Assembly: GCA_963674755.2 (NCBI GenBank)
Contig: CAXXVS010000002.1
Span: 2,080,001-2,144,000 of the forward strand
Origin: Desulfobacterales bacterium
GTDB taxonomy: Bacteria > Desulfobacterota > Desulfobacteria > Desulfobacterales > UBA5852
DNA length: 64,000 nucleotides
Reading direction: 5' to 3'
Shown: one piece after another, positions 27,653 through 38,815 of the stretch
How the letters are laid out: each line of letters begins with the position of its first letter
Numbering within the stretch: position 1 is the stretch's first letter
Translations under genes and position numbers: made by a program
Notes under the pieces: model-generated
Told to the model about the DNA's origin: nothing
Databases searched by the model: none
Seen by the model: the letters and a program-made list of their open reading frames with translations, nothing else

Positions 27653-28561
27653 ATGACAGATACCCCCACCACCAAAACGATCCTGTCGGCCTCGCGACGT
27701 ACCGATATCCCGGCCTTCTATATGGAATGGTTCATGGCGGGCATCACCAGGGGTGTTTTCGAGGTTCTCAATCCTTACAACCAGCATCGTCGTCAGGTCC
27801 CGGCACAGCCCCACCAGGTCCACAGCATCGTCTTCTGGTCCAAAAACTTCGGTCCCTTTCTGCATGACGGCTTCGATCGAAGGCTGCAGCGCAAGGGCTA
27901 CCATTTATTTTTCAATTTCACCATCAACACCGCCAGCCCGGTTTTGGAGCCCCATGTCCCGCCCCTGGAGGAGCGCCTCCGTCAGATGGCCGTACTGGCC
28001 GAGCGCCACGATCCCCGGGCCATCACCTGGCGTTTCGACCCCATCTGCTTTTTCCGCACCGCGCCGCATGAAGCCCTCCGCCATAATCTTGACGACCTGG
28101 AAACCATCGCCGACGCCGCGGCCCGTTTGGGCATCCGTCGCTGTGTTACTAGCTTCGTGGATCTCTATCGCAAAGTCCTCATCCGTCTCCCGTCCAAGGG
28201 ATTGGAATTGGTCGATCCACCACTGGATGTCAAAAGTGAGATCCTGGTCAACATCGCGGAAAAATTGCGCGAACGGGAAATTGCCCTGGGGGTTTGCTGT
28301 GAGCAGGTGGTTCTGGAAGCCTTGCCGCCCAGTACCGGCATCCACCCGGCCGCATGTATCCCAGGTCCCTTGTTGGCCCGTCTCTTCGGTTCCGATATGC
28401 TTTTGAAAAAAGACCCGGGGCAGCGCCGCACCGCAGGGTGCACATGCAATGCCACCGTGGACATCGGCTCCTACCGCTGGCATCCGTGCCACCACAATTG
28501 TCTCTTCTGTTATGCCAATCCACGCCCGCCCCGGCCGTCCCCGGCAGAAAAGCGACACTGA
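27653..28561 (+). CDS. DUF1848 domain protein
   Basis: SASRRTDIPAFY, FWSKN, WRFDPI, C-terminal DIG.Y..C.H.C..CYAN. Confidence 0.92.
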   Translation: MTDTPTTKTILSASRRTDIPAFYMEWFMAGITRGVFEVLNPYNQHRRQVPAQPHQVHSIVFWSKNFGPFLHDGFDRRLQRKGYHLFFNFTINTASPVLEPHVPPLEERLRQMAVLAERHDPRAITWRFDPICFFRTAPHEALRHNLDDLETIADAAARLGIRRCVTSFVDLYRKVLIRLPSKGLELVDPPLDVKSEILVNIAEKLREREIALGVCCEQVVLEALPPSTGIHPAACIPGPLLARLFGSDMLLKKDPGQRRTAGCTCNATVDIGSYRWHPCHHNCLFCYANPRPPRPSPAEKRH

Positions 28562-28564
28562 CCC

Positions 28565-29554
28565 ATGCAGATCGGCACCCTGGCCCTGGCCAATAATCTC
28601 GTTTTCGCGCCGCTGGCCGGCATTTCCAATCTTCCCCTGCGGCTTTTGGCCAAAGAAGCGGGCTGCGGTCTGGTCTGTTCCGAAATGGTCAGTGCCAACG
28701 GGCTGGTCTATGGATCGCACAAAACCGCACAGCTGCTGCACACCGTTCCGGAAGAATATCCCCTGGCGGTCCAGCTATTCGGGAGCGACCCGGCCCTAAC
28801 GGCCGAAGCCGCCCGCATGGCCGTGGCCTCCGGCGCCGCCCTGATCGATATCAACTTCGGCTGCGCCGTCAAAAAAATCGTCCGGACCGGTGCCGGGGTG
28901 GCCCTGATGCGCACACCGGACCGGGCCCAGGCGCTCCTGAAAGCCGTGCGCCAAGCCATCGCGGTGCCCCTGACCATTAAGATCCGCAGCGGATGGGATA
29001 CCTCCGGCCGTCAAGCGCTCAGACTGGCACGCCAGGCAGAGGACTGCGGTGTGGACGCCCTGACCATCCACCCGCGTAGCGCCTCTCAGGGCTTCCGGGG
29101 CCATTCGGACTGGACGCTGATTGCCGCCGTCAAAAACAGCCTGCAAATTCCCGTCATCGGCAATGGGGATATTGGGACGGCGGAGGACGCGCTGCGCATG
29201 CTTTCCGAAACGGGATGTGATGGCGTTATGGTGGGGCGGGCCGCGATCGGGAACCCTTTTATTTTTGCGGCCATCCAGGCGCGCCTGGAAGGCCGACAAC
29301 CCCAGGCGCCTACCCTGGGTCAGCACTTCCGGGTCATGAAACGCTATCTCAGGGATTCCGTGGCCTACCTGGGGGAGCGCCAGGCCTGTCTCATGATGCG
29401 CAGTCGCTTGGGCTGGTTTGTCAAAGGCCTGCATGCCAGCAGCCAGTTTCGGAAGACGATCGCCCTGGTAGGCACCATGGATGAGGCCCTGGCAGCCATC
29501 GAGGCGTATGAGCGGATGCTCGCGGATCAGCAAGCGGTTTCCCCCGGAGGATAA
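28565..29554 (+). CDS. dusB: tRNA-dihydrouridine synthase B
   Basis: APLAG, DINFGC, KIRSGW, IGNGDI, MVGRAA.GNP. Confidence 0.92.
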   Translation: MQIGTLALANNLVFAPLAGISNLPLRLLAKEAGCGLVCSEMVSANGLVYGSHKTAQLLHTVPEEYPLAVQLFGSDPALTAEAARMAVASGAALIDINFGCAVKKIVRTGAGVALMRTPDRAQALLKAVRQAIAVPLTIKIRSGWDTSGRQALRLARQAEDCGVDALTIHPRSASQGFRGHSDWTLIAAVKNSLQIPVIGNGDIGTAEDALRMLSETGCDGVMVGRAAIGNPFIFAAIQARLEGRQPQAPTLGQHFRVMKRYLRDSVAYLGERQACLMMRSRLGWFVKGLHASSQFRKTIALVGTMDEALAAIEAYERMLADQQAVSPGG

Positions 29555-29651
29555 AACAACCTCATCCTCCACCGCCCATCGGGTCGTTACCCCGTAAAAA
29601 GACGTCCGGGAACAGGCTATCGCCGGTGGACGTTATTCTGCGTCGAGGCCG

Positions 29652-31934
29652 TCATTCTTCCGGCAATACGACGCTGTAGTCCTGCAGATGGCCTCCTTCA
29701 ACCAGGTGTGCTTCGCTGTGGTCGGGGTACACGTGGGTGATCTGCAAGCGCCCGACGCGCTCCCCGGTAAGGAAAAACTGCTGGTTGTTGAGGCCCTCGA
29801 TAATTTGGCTGTTGTAAACGGCCAAGATGTTCCCGGGTACAAGACCGGTATCCGCACCGGCGGAAAGGGTGATGCGGGATCCGTCGATGCCGGTGACATA
29901 ACCCCGCCAGGGCTGGTCTTCAAGAACGTTGCAGACCATTTCACTCATTTCGGCGGCAATCTTCCCCAGAGCGGTCCGCAATTTGGCCATATCTTCTTCC
30001 CGCAAACGGCCGTCGCTGCCGGGTTCCAACTCGTCCACATTCATCTTGTGAGTCAGGGTTTTATCGAGCAGTTTGGTGCCGGTTTCCGCATCGTAGATCT
30101 CCACCAGGATCGCCACGCGCAGATTTCCTTCAGGCGCTTTGTACCACAGGACACCACTAATTTCGTTGGACAGGCGAACGTCGATGATGGATCCCGTCAC
30201 AACGGCATTGATGCCGCTATAACGGGCCAGGGTCGTCATGGCGAAGCTGTTCAAACGTCCGAACTGGTCGCGGGGCAACTGGGTCAAACTCTCGGGAAAG
30301 CGCGCATCTCCCTGCCGGAGCAAATGGACGTTGCGGCTGCACTCATCCAGCAAATCAGGCCACAAGCGGCCTTCAAAGGCCGCTTTAACGCCCGGGCTAA
30401 CAGTGGCCTTCTGGCTGACAAACCCGAGGAACGCCACCTGTTTTTTGAGCTTGCTTCTGGAAACGTCGACCTCTTCGAGCTGAGCCGGCGCCGGCGCTTC
30501 GGACGGCATCGATTTCCGGCTGTCGGAGATACTGGCCATTTCCAGCGGCACGGGGCGTTCTTCCCCTGCGGGCGCCGAGCCGTCCTGGGCCGCAGGTGCT
30601 GCTGGTGCTGGGGCAAGCGATTCTGTCGAAGAACGCAGATCGTCTTTTGCCGCCGGCGGTGTTGTCTCCCGGCCGGCGCCATGATCGTCGCTCGGCATCC
30701 CGCTATCTTCAGCGGCAACGCCAGCGGCAGAGGCTTCCACCAAGTCCTCTTCCTGAATTTTCGCGGTTTGGGGCGTCCCTTCACCATCCACAGCCGGTTC
30801 GGGTTGGCTAGACGACGAAACCGCTTTGGGAGCATCGCCGGCAGTTGTCGACGTCTCTCCAGCAGGAGGCGTGGTGGCTTCCTGAAGCAAGCCCTCATTT
30901 TCCGCCATGACAGGCGCGGGCGCATCAGCGCTTTGTACCGGCACGTCCTTGGCAAGTGGTGTTTCAGCCACCGGCGGGGGGACTGTCGCCGGCATTGCCG
31001 CGGATGCTGCTGCGGTAGGCGATGCTTGATTTTCCGTCGCAGGGCGCGCACTTTGATCCGCACTGGGCGCAGCCTCACCCGCCGCGGCAAGCGGCTCAAC
31101 CGGTGCAGCTTCAACGGCCGCCTTGGAGGGTGTCGACTCGGCTTCCCCTACCGCCGTGGTTGCACTGTCAGGCCCCTCGGCCAGGGCTTCCGTCGAGGTA
31201 TCGGCGACCGCCGCCTCGGCGGCTGCATCCGTGAGCTGGGGCTCATCCGGGGCCTTCGCGGATGGCGTTTCCGCCGACGTGCCGGTCTCCTGATCGGCGG
31301 TGGCCGTCTGCCCCGCTTCGGTCACCGGCGCGGTCGTTTCAGCCCCGTCGGATCTAAACATGAAATAAGTGCCGGCCACCGGAATATATAGGGTCTTCAA
31401 AACATCGTGGACCAGGTAAACAGGCGTTTTCATGACCGCGGCAATCCCGGCATTGTAAGCCACGCTGCTGGCATAGGAGCCGGAAGGAGGCGGGTGGGTC
31501 CCATCTTCTTGATCGGATACGGCGGTGGCGTTGCGGTAGGGGATGATGACGTCCACAAGACCGGCATCGACGGCGTTGAAATTGAAGGTTTCGCGCCCCT
31601 CCTCCACCATTTCACAGGCGTAGGCCGCCTGGCCGCCTTGGCCGGACAGGGTCGTCGCGGTACTGCGTTCAGGGTAGTGGATGCCCCCCTGGGGCTGGTA
31701 GAGGACCTCTAACGTCCGGAAATGCAGGTAATAGGGATGACGTTCGCCAAGAATGCGGTCAGCGTAAGGATCACAGCGCTTTTCACCTAAGGCGCCGGCC
31801 ATTCCGGGTTCCCCGAAATACCAGCTCTTGAAATCCTTTTCCTGACTGAGGTTGAAAAAACATCCGGAAAGGCCAAGCGCCAGTCCCAATACGATACCCC
31901 AGTATAAAAAACGTTTCCCGGAACCTCTGGTCAT
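29652..31934 (-). CDS. Lipoprotein with Ala/Pro/Glu-rich linker and C-terminal CsgG/FlgT-like domains
   Basis: LSGC lipobox; about 300 aa low-complexity linker; EIYDAETG and W.G.V...ITLSAG...GL..G patterns. Confidence 0.65.
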   Translation of the reverse strand: MTRGSGKRFLYWGIVLGLALGLSGCFFNLSQEKDFKSWYFGEPGMAGALGEKRCDPYADRILGERHPYYLHFRTLEVLYQPQGGIHYPERSTATTLSGQGGQAAYACEMVEEGRETFNFNAVDAGLVDVIIPYRNATAVSDQEDGTHPPPSGSYASSVAYNAGIAAVMKTPVYLVHDVLKTLYIPVAGTYFMFRSDGAETTAPVTEAGQTATADQETGTSAETPSAKAPDEPQLTDAAAEAAVADTSTEALAEGPDSATTAVGEAESTPSKAAVEAAPVEPLAAAGEAAPSADQSARPATENQASPTAAASAAMPATVPPPVAETPLAKDVPVQSADAPAPVMAENEGLLQEATTPPAGETSTTAGDAPKAVSSSSQPEPAVDGEGTPQTAKIQEEDLVEASAAGVAAEDSGMPSDDHGAGRETTPPAAKDDLRSSTESLAPAPAAPAAQDGSAPAGEERPVPLEMASISDSRKSMPSEAPAPAQLEEVDVSRSKLKKQVAFLGFVSQKATVSPGVKAAFEGRLWPDLLDECSRNVHLLRQGDARFPESLTQLPRDQFGRLNSFAMTTLARYSGINAVVTGSIIDVRLSNEISGVLWYKAPEGNLRVAILVEIYDAETGTKLLDKTLTHKMNVDELEPGSDGRLREEDMAKLRTALGKIAAEMSEMVCNVLEDQPWRGYVTGIDGSRITLSAGADTGLVPGNILAVYNSQIIEGLNNQQFFLTGERVGRLQITHVYPDHSEAHLVEGGHLQDYSVVLPEE

Positions 31935-32204
31935 TGTTGTCTGTTCCCCGGCGCGGTTCCAAATCCAGCGCATACCCATGCGATGCTGTTTGAGGGGGTG
32001 GAGCGCCAATCGCGCCTTTTTGCCGGCTTCGTGGGTAAAATTCGCGGTAGTTCTATACCGGAGCCACTAAAATTTCAATGATTTTAATCAAGAAGGCGGA
32101 AAGTCAGAGGGTTGCGGGGGAAGGCGATGTCTGTCTTGACAGCGGGTCGACGTTCATGGTTTAGGACTTAATCTCATAGACACCGAACGGGAGGGAATGC
32201 CGAT

Positions 32205-32381
32205 ATGGCCTCCATTGATGAACAGATTCTGCGGGCCGCCAAGGAAGTGGTTGTGAAATTCATCGAGGCCGGGCGCGTTTCGCCCGCCGGATTTCCGGAA
32301 ACCTTTCGCACGGTGTACACCACCATTGATCAAACCGTACGCCAAACGAACGGCGCGGAAGCCGCCGATAACACCGATTAG
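32205..32381 (+). CDS. 58 aa conserved small protein (below the ORF-track cutoff)
   Basis: GGGAGG SD; MASIDEQILRAAKEVVVKFIEAGRVSPAGFPETFRTVY. Confidence 0.75.
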   Translation: MASIDEQILRAAKEVVVKFIEAGRVSPAGFPETFRTVYTTIDQTVRQTNGAEAADNTD

Positions 32382-32425
32382 ACCCCGCCACCGGATGCCC
32401 CCTATCATCCAATCCGGAACGAAAC

Positions 32426-32475
32426 AAAAATTGGCGATAGGGAGCGCTGCTCTAACGCCTTCCCCTATCGCCATT
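32426..32475 (-). terminator. Terminator between the converging thiolase and small gene
   Basis: TGGCGATAGGG...CCCTATCGCCA inverted repeat with an adjacent A-run. Confidence 0.55.
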
Positions 32476-32531
32476 GATGGTTGTCGCCGGGCAAGGTCCG
32501 CTGCCCGGCGATATCACTTAGATCAATTGAA

Positions 32532-33716
32532 TCATTCACACAGCTCAAACAGGGCGGCCGCACCCATCCCGCCGCCGATACACATGGATTCCACACCGTA
32601 TTTCGCGCCGCGCTCCTTCATGTTGCGCAGCAAAGTCGCGCAAAGCTTGGCGCCGGTGCATCCCAGCGGATGGCCGAGGGCAATCGCCCCGCCGTTGACA
32701 TTGATCTTGTCCATGTCGTTCTCCAGTCCCAGCTGCCGGATGCAGTAAAGGGCCTGGGAGGCAAAGGCCTCATTGATCTCAAAAAGATCGATGTCTTTGA
32801 CCTCCATGCCGGCCAGTTTGAGCAGTTTCGGGATGGCGTAGGCCGGCCCTACTCCCATTTCGTCGGCCGCGCAGCCTACCGTGGTGTAGTACTTCAGCTT
32901 GGCAATCGGCTTTAAACCGAGTTCCTTGACTTTTTCCGCACTCATGATGACGGCGGCGGCCGCGCCGTCCGTGGTCTGGGAGGAATTCCCGGCCGTGACG
33001 GAACCATTGACGGCGAAAACAGGCCGCAGCTTGGCAAGGCCTTCCACCGTCGTGGTGGCACGGACACCGTCGTCAAAGTCCTGCAGGAAGGTTTCTTTGC
33101 GGTAGGTGCCCTTGTCGGTCAGGACAAATTTGGCCGCCGGCGTAGGCACGATTTCGGTAAAAAGTCCCTTTTTCTGGGCTTCCGCCGCCTTCATCTGGGA
33201 CTGATAAGCAAAGGCGTCCTGGTCTTCGCGGGAGACATCGTAGCGGTTGGCCACGTTTTCCGCGGTAATGCCCATGGAGGCATAGAGGTCGGCCTGCTGG
33301 CGGGTATATTCAGGATGAGGGCGCGGCAGGTTGCCGCCCATGGGGACATAGGTCATGGATTCCACGCCGCCACCGATGGTGATGTCGGACCAGCCCGCCA
33401 TGACACGCAGGGAGGCCTGGGCGATGGCTTCCAGACCGGAAGAGCAGAAACGGTTGACCGTGGCGCCGGAGACGCTCTCCGGAAAACCGGCGATCTGGCC
33501 GGCAATGCGACCAATGTTCAAACCCTGCTCCGCCTCGGGGAATGAGCAGCCGATCATCAGATCTTCCACCTGGTCCGGTGTCAGATTGGCGGTTTTCTCG
33601 ACAGCCGATTTCAGGATGAAGGACAACAGGTCATCGGGTCGGGTATCTTTAAACGCCCCCTTGCCTCTGCGGCAACCAGGGGTTCGCACGGATGTAACGA
33701 TATAGGCATCTCTCAT
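32532..33716 (-). CDS. fadA: Acetyl-CoA C-acyltransferase (thiolase)
   Basis: NRFCSSG, NEAFA, GHPLGCTG, CIGGGMG. Confidence 0.94.
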   Translation of the reverse strand: MRDAYIVTSVRTPGCRRGKGAFKDTRPDDLLSFILKSAVEKTANLTPDQVEDLMIGCSFPEAEQGLNIGRIAGQIAGFPESVSGATVNRFCSSGLEAIAQASLRVMAGWSDITIGGGVESMTYVPMGGNLPRPHPEYTRQQADLYASMGITAENVANRYDVSREDQDAFAYQSQMKAAEAQKKGLFTEIVPTPAAKFVLTDKGTYRKETFLQDFDDGVRATTTVEGLAKLRPVFAVNGSVTAGNSSQTTDGAAAAVIMSAEKVKELGLKPIAKLKYYTTVGCAADEMGVGPAYAIPKLLKLAGMEVKDIDLFEINEAFASQALYCIRQLGLENDMDKINVNGGAIALGHPLGCTGAKLCATLLRNMKERGAKYGVESMCIGGGMGAAALFELCE

Positions 33717-33755
33717 GGTTGATTCCTCCTTGGATGATACGTCCGGGTTGCCGGA

Positions 33756-36161
33756 TTAGTTGCGCAAGGGTTTGCCTGTTTTGAGCATGTGCTCGATGCG
33801 GGCCAGGGTCTTTTCCTGTTTCAGGAAGTCGATGAACGCTTCGCGCTCGAGGTTGAGGATCACGTCTTCGTCCACTTCGCTGTTGGTCCGTACATCGCCG
33901 CCCGCCACCACGGTGGCAATCCGCCGCGCCAGAAAGGCGTCATATTCGCTGACATAGCCGGCGCTTTGCATGTTAAAAATCTCGCCGTTGACCATGCCTT
34001 CCGCAGCGGCGCCCAGAACTTTCACCTTTTTCTTGGCCGGCGGCGCATAGCCGGCATCCGCCATACGCAGCACTTCCTTCTTGGCTTCACCGATCAGCAG
34101 ATCACGGTTGAATACGATACGATCCTGGGGTCCCAGGAATCCGTTGGCCCGGGCCTGGGCCGCGGACATGGACACCTTGGCCGTCGCAATGTTCATAAAG
34201 GTCGGGATGAAGAATTTGGAAAGGTCGACATCCTTGACGTTGGCCGGAATGGACGTGACCGCTTTTTTCCAGAGGTTTTTACACCCCCCCCCGCCGGGCA
34301 GGAGCCCGACCCCGATTTCCACCAGGCCCATATAGAGCTCGGCATGGGCTACGATACGGTCGGCCGCCAGGCAGACCTCGCAACCGCCGCCCAGAGCCAG
34401 TCCGTATGGGGCGGCCACAACGGGAAACGGGCTGAAGGTCTCCTTTTGAACGACGGCGTGCAGGGCCTTGATCATCTCTTCGACGTCACCCAGGCGATTG
34501 GTTTTGACGGCCTCGCCCACCTGGACCAGATCAGCGCCGGCCGAGAAGGCGCCGGGCATGCCGCCGGCCTGGTTGCCGATCACCAGACCCACGCCGTTTT
34601 CATCGACATAGTCCAGGGCTTCGTCCATGAATTGGATAATTTCGGCGTTCAGGGCGTTCATTTTGGTGTGGAATTCACAGCAGAAAACACCGTCGCCCAA
34701 ATCGACCAGGGAGGCGGAAGCACAGCTTTTGACCAACTTGCCGGCGCCCTTGAGGGCCGCCAGGGAAATGTTGCTTTCACTGACCACGACGTCCTTGTAG
34801 GTCTTGGCAGTGAAATCGTAGAAAGACACCTTGCCGTCGGCGGTCTTGTAGAAAGATTCGACGCCGGCGGCCAGCATATCTTTAACCTTGCCCGGCACCG
34901 CCATGCCGTCGGCTTCCATCTTGGCCACGGATTCCCTGACCCCGATGGCGTCCCAGGTCTCAAAGGGGCCCATCTCAAAATTGTAGCCCCACTTCATGGC
35001 GTTATCGATTTCGACGATGGTGTCCGAAATTTCCGGGATGCGGTTGGCGGAATAAATCAGTTGGCTGGCCACAGCCTTCCAGGCAAAACGGGCGCCTTTG
35101 TCATCGCCGTAAACGATGGCCCGCATTTTTTCCGGCAGGGTTTTCGCTTTTTTGGCTTCGGCCAGGCAGGGCAGATCAACTTTCTGCCAGTCTTCGTATT
35201 CCAGAGTTTCCGGATTGATGACCTTGCGGACTTTCTTCCACTCGGGGGTCAAGTCGGTCTTGTAGAAACCGGCCTGGGTTTTCTTGCCCAGGAGTTTCTT
35301 TGCGATCATCTGATTGACGAAGTCCGGGATGACGAAGTCTTTTTTTTCCTCTTCATCCGCGATCAACTCGTAGCTGTTGCGGGCCACATGTCCCATGGTG
35401 TCCAGGCCCACCAGGTCCGAAGTCTTGAACATGGCTGTCTTGGGCCGGCCCATGGCCGGTCCGAACAGGGCATCCACTTCCTGGATGGTCAACCCTTCTT
35501 CCACCATCAGTTGCATGGATTTGACCATGCCCTGGACCCCGATACGGTTGCCCACGAAATTGGGTGTATCCTTGGCCCAGACAATGCCCTTGCCGAGAAT
35601 GCGTTCGCCGAAATCCGCGATGAAGGCCAGAATGTCTTGATCGGTTTCCTCGCCCGGAATAATTTCCAGCAAATGCATATAGCGCACAGGGTTGAAAAAG
35701 TGGGTCCCCAGAAAATGCTTGCGGAAATCATCGCTCAGTCCTTCGGACATGGCCTTGAGGGGAATGCCGGATGTATTGGAGGAAACGATGGCGCCGGGCT
35801 TGCGCACGCCGTCGATACGTTTGAAGAGATCCTGTTTGACTTTCAGATTCTCAACGACCACCTCGACGATCCAGTCGCAGCCGGCCAACTTGTCGAAATC
35901 ATCCTCCAAATTGCCGATCGAAATCCGCTGAATATCTTTTTTCTGCATCAGCAACGCCGGCTGGATGGTCAGCAAGTTGTCATAGCCGGTTTTGACCATA
36001 CGGTTGCGCGCCTTGGGATCCTTTTTTTCCTCCTCGCTCAAATCGAAGGGAACGATGTCCAGCATCAACGTCTCGACGCCCGCGCTGGCCAGGAGCGCCG
36101 CAATGCCGCCACCCATGACACCGGAGCCGATAACCGCGGCCTTTCTGATTTTTCGCACCAT
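33756..36161 (-). CDS. 3-hydroxyacyl-CoA dehydrogenase / enoyl-CoA hydratase (FadN-type)
   Basis: GSGVMG, SNTSG, HFFNP, FSAGADL, GGGCE, GKPLRN C-terminus; GGAGGT SD. Confidence 0.93.
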   Translation of the reverse strand: MVRKIRKAAVIGSGVMGGGIAALLASAGVETLMLDIVPFDLSEEEKKDPKARNRMVKTGYDNLLTIQPALLMQKKDIQRISIGNLEDDFDKLAGCDWIVEVVVENLKVKQDLFKRIDGVRKPGAIVSSNTSGIPLKAMSEGLSDDFRKHFLGTHFFNPVRYMHLLEIIPGEETDQDILAFIADFGERILGKGIVWAKDTPNFVGNRIGVQGMVKSMQLMVEEGLTIQEVDALFGPAMGRPKTAMFKTSDLVGLDTMGHVARNSYELIADEEEKKDFVIPDFVNQMIAKKLLGKKTQAGFYKTDLTPEWKKVRKVINPETLEYEDWQKVDLPCLAEAKKAKTLPEKMRAIVYGDDKGARFAWKAVASQLIYSANRIPEISDTIVEIDNAMKWGYNFEMGPFETWDAIGVRESVAKMEADGMAVPGKVKDMLAAGVESFYKTADGKVSFYDFTAKTYKDVVVSESNISLAALKGAGKLVKSCASASLVDLGDGVFCCEFHTKMNALNAEIIQFMDEALDYVDENGVGLVIGNQAGGMPGAFSAGADLVQVGEAVKTNRLGDVEEMIKALHAVVQKETFSPFPVVAAPYGLALGGGCEVCLAADRIVAHAELYMGLVEIGVGLLPGGGGCKNLWKKAVTSIPANVKDVDLSKFFIPTFMNIATAKVSMSAAQARANGFLGPQDRIVFNRDLLIGEAKKEVLRMADAGYAPPAKKKVKVLGAAAEGMVNGEIFNMQSAGYVSEYDAFLARRIATVVAGGDVRTNSEVDEDVILNLEREAFIDFLKQEKTLARIEHMLKTGKPLRN

Positions 36162-36196
36162 GTTTACCTCCATAGATGAATTAAGGGAATACATTA

Positions 36197-36509
36197 TGAA
36201 TGGGTATTCACTAAAATAATCTGTCTTATTCACATCTGTCAAGACAAAAAAACGTTCTTGCCCTGCTGTCAAGCGATGCCACTTGATTATATTTTATCAA
36301 ATATTTTCTATCAGTTCTAAATTTTGTCGGTTCCGTTTGGAGCCATTTCACGATCCTGGGCCAGAGACCTTCAAGGGAATGAATAATTATTCACTTCTAA
36401 ATTTAGCTTCAAATTAAAGCCAAAAAAATTATAACTATTTAATTTTTTAGTTTTTTTTAACATATATTATCTTTTTGCACTCTTGTTCAGCAATATGAAT
36501 AATCATGCA
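36197..36509. promoter_or_regulatory. Three TGAAT-N4-AT(T/G)CA operator-like palindromes and a putative fad promoter
   Basis: Boxes at 36197-36210, 36380-36393 and 36496-36509; minus-strand TTGACA at 36237-36242. Confidence 0.65.
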
Positions 36510-36712
36510 CTCGAATAGGAAAATGGGGACGCTCACTGCCATAGCAAGCGGTACAATAGGGACGGAAGCTTGGAATACGTGCAAAAGAAACGGCGTGGGT
36601 CTGGAATGGAGGCCGAAACAGCCGGTGCTTCGCGCAATCCGTTACACGGAATCAATCGCTGCGGCGCCACGCCGGATGACGGCAGACAGGTTATTCTAAA
36701 AGGGACCCTCCT

Positions 36713-37699
36713 TCATATATCCTCCAAACGATGGCAGGCGGCCTGGTGTTTTCCGTCGGGTGTGTCGGGTACCGGCCGCAGTCTTGGGATCTCATCACGG
36801 CACCGTTCAATTGCGTATGGACAACGGGTCCGGAAGTGACAACCGCTGGGGGGATTGATAGGGGATGGCACATCGCCCGTCAGCACTTGTTGGTCCTTAC
36901 GACTATCCGGATCCGGGATGGGGATGGCCGAAATAAGGGCGCGGGTGTAAGGATGCCCGGGAACGCGGTACAGGGTATCCGCATCGGCGTATTCGACGAT
37001 ACGCCCCAAATACATCACGGCGATGCAATCGGAAATATGCTTCACCACCGACAGGTCGTGGGCGATAAAAAGATAGGTCAATCCCATATCGCGCTGCAAT
37101 TCGAGCAAGAGATTGATAATCTGCGATTGAATGGAAACATCCAGGGCTGACACCGGCTCGTCGCAAACCACCAGCCGGGGCTCCAGGGCGATCGCCCGTG
37201 CGATGCCGATCCGCTGACGCTGCCCACCGCTGAATTCGTGCGGAAACCGCCCCAGGGTTTTGGGCGAAAGCCCGACGCGTTCCACCAGGCGGCCGATGCG
37301 TTCCCGGCGCTCGGCGGGTGTGCCGATGCGGTGGATGCGAAACGGCTCTTCCAGGATCTCCTGGATCGTATGGCGGGCATTGAGGGATTCGAAAGGGTCC
37401 TGGAAAATAATCTGCATATCCCGCCGGACCGCTTGCAGGCGGCGGCGATCCAGGGCCATGAGGTTGCGGCCATCAAATAAGAGTTGACCTGCAGTGGGCT
37501 GGTAAAGCCGCAGGATCGTGCGCCCCACCGTGGTTTTGCCGCAGCCGGACTCGCCCACGAGCCCCAGCGTTTCCCCGCTATTGATCGCGAAAGAGACGCC
37601 GTCGACCGCATAAACCTGGGCCACGCGGCGGCGCATCACACCGCCGTAAACCGGGAAATACATTTTGAGATCTGCCACCGTCAGCAACGGTTGGGTCAT
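36713..37699 (-). CDS. Oligopeptide ABC transporter ATPase (OppF/DppF-like)
   Basis: [34 protein letters not shown]. Confidence 0.93.
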   Translation of the reverse strand: MTQPLLTVADLKMYFPVYGGVMRRRVAQVYAVDGVSFAINSGETLGLVGESGCGKTTVGRTILRLYQPTAGQLLFDGRNLMALDRRRLQAVRRDMQIIFQDPFESLNARHTIQEILEEPFRIHRIGTPAERRERIGRLVERVGLSPKTLGRFPHEFSGGQRQRIGIARAIALEPRLVVCDEPVSALDVSIQSQIINLLLELQRDMGLTYLFIAHDLSVVKHISDCIAVMYLGRIVEYADADTLYRVPGHPYTRALISAIPIPDPDSRKDQQVLTGDVPSPINPPSGCHFRTRCPYAIERCRDEIPRLRPVPDTPDGKHQAACHRLEDI

Positions 37700-37739
37700 G
37701 TTCTTCTCTCTGTTTCCATTGACATGCGCGAACGCCTCG

Positions 37740-38762
37740 TCATCGTCCCTCTGGGTTCCGCCCGGCAAGGCTTTCCCAGGGATCCAGTTTGTCGGCAAAA
37801 TAACACGCCGCTTTGTGATCCGGGCCGACATCCTTCAGGGGCGGCGACGCCGTGGCGCAAACGGCACGGGCATAAGGGCAGCGGTTCCCGAATCGGCAGC
37901 CGGGGGGCAGGTCGTCCAGGGACGGCACAACGCCGGTGATAACGTTCAAAGGCTGCTTATGGGGCGAATCCAGGGTGGGAATGGCCTTGAGGAGCCCCCG
38001 GGTGTAAGGGTGGCGTGGATTATAAAACAGCTCCCGAATGGGCGCCGTCTCCGCCACCTGGCCGGCATACATCACCACCACGTCCTGGCAGAGCTCGGCG
38101 ATGACGCCCAGGTCGTGGGTGATAAAAATCACCGACATGCCCGTTTCCGCCTGGAGTTGACGAATCAAGCTCAGAATCTGGGCCTGAATGGTCACATCTA
38201 GGGCGGTGGTGGGTTCATCGGCAATCAGGATGTCCGGCTTGCAGGCCAGTGCCATGGCAATCATGACCCGCTGCCGCATACCGCCTGAAATCTGATGGGG
38301 ATATTCGCCCATACGTCTGGCCGGTTCGGGGATCCCCACCTTCTGGAGCATCTCCAGCACCGCTGCGCGGATGGCCCGGTCGCTCATTTCCGTATAATGC
38401 AGGCGAAAAACCTCACCCACCTGGCGCCCGATGGTATGCACCGGATTGAGGGCCGTCATGGGCTCCTGAAAAATCATGCCGATCTGGTTGCCCCGCAAGG
38501 CATGCATGTCGCCGGGCGGCAAGGTCACGATATCGGTGCCCTTGAACAGGATTCGTCCCTCAAGAATTTTGCCGGCCGGTTTGGGCAGCAGCCGCATAAT
38601 CGAAAGGGCGGTGACACTCTTGCCGCAGCCCGATTCCCCCACGATGCCCAGGTTGCTTCCCCGGCGCAGGCAGAAACTCACATCGTCCACGGCCTTCACC
38701 CGTCCGCTTTCCCCGTCAAAGGCCGCGGTCAGGTGCTCCACGCTTAAGATGGTATCTTTCAA
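37740..38762 (-). CDS. Oligopeptide ABC transporter ATPase (OppD/DppD-like)
   Basis: [25 protein letters not shown]. Confidence 0.93.
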   Translation of the reverse strand: MKDTILSVEHLTAAFDGESGRVKAVDDVSFCLRRGSNLGIVGESGCGKSVTALSIMRLLPKPAGKILEGRILFKGTDIVTLPPGDMHALRGNQIGMIFQEPMTALNPVHTIGRQVGEVFRLHYTEMSDRAIRAAVLEMLQKVGIPEPARRMGEYPHQISGGMRQRVMIAMALACKPDILIADEPTTALDVTIQAQILSLIRQLQAETGMSVIFITHDLGVIAELCQDVVVMYAGQVAETAPIRELFYNPRHPYTRGLLKAIPTLDSPHKQPLNVITGVVPSLDDLPPGCRFGNRCPYARAVCATASPPLKDVGPDHKAACYFADKLDPWESLAGRNPEGR

Positions 38763-38815
38763 AACGGTGTGTTCATCTCCCCCAAAGAGCTGCTGGTCAT
38801 TAGAGCGCTACCGCT

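Noticed and set aside
33789..36179. Long antisense ORFs (796 aa here; also 9004-10275, 29688-31391, 56824-58332)
   Set aside because: They are shadows of well-supported genes in GC-rich DNA.
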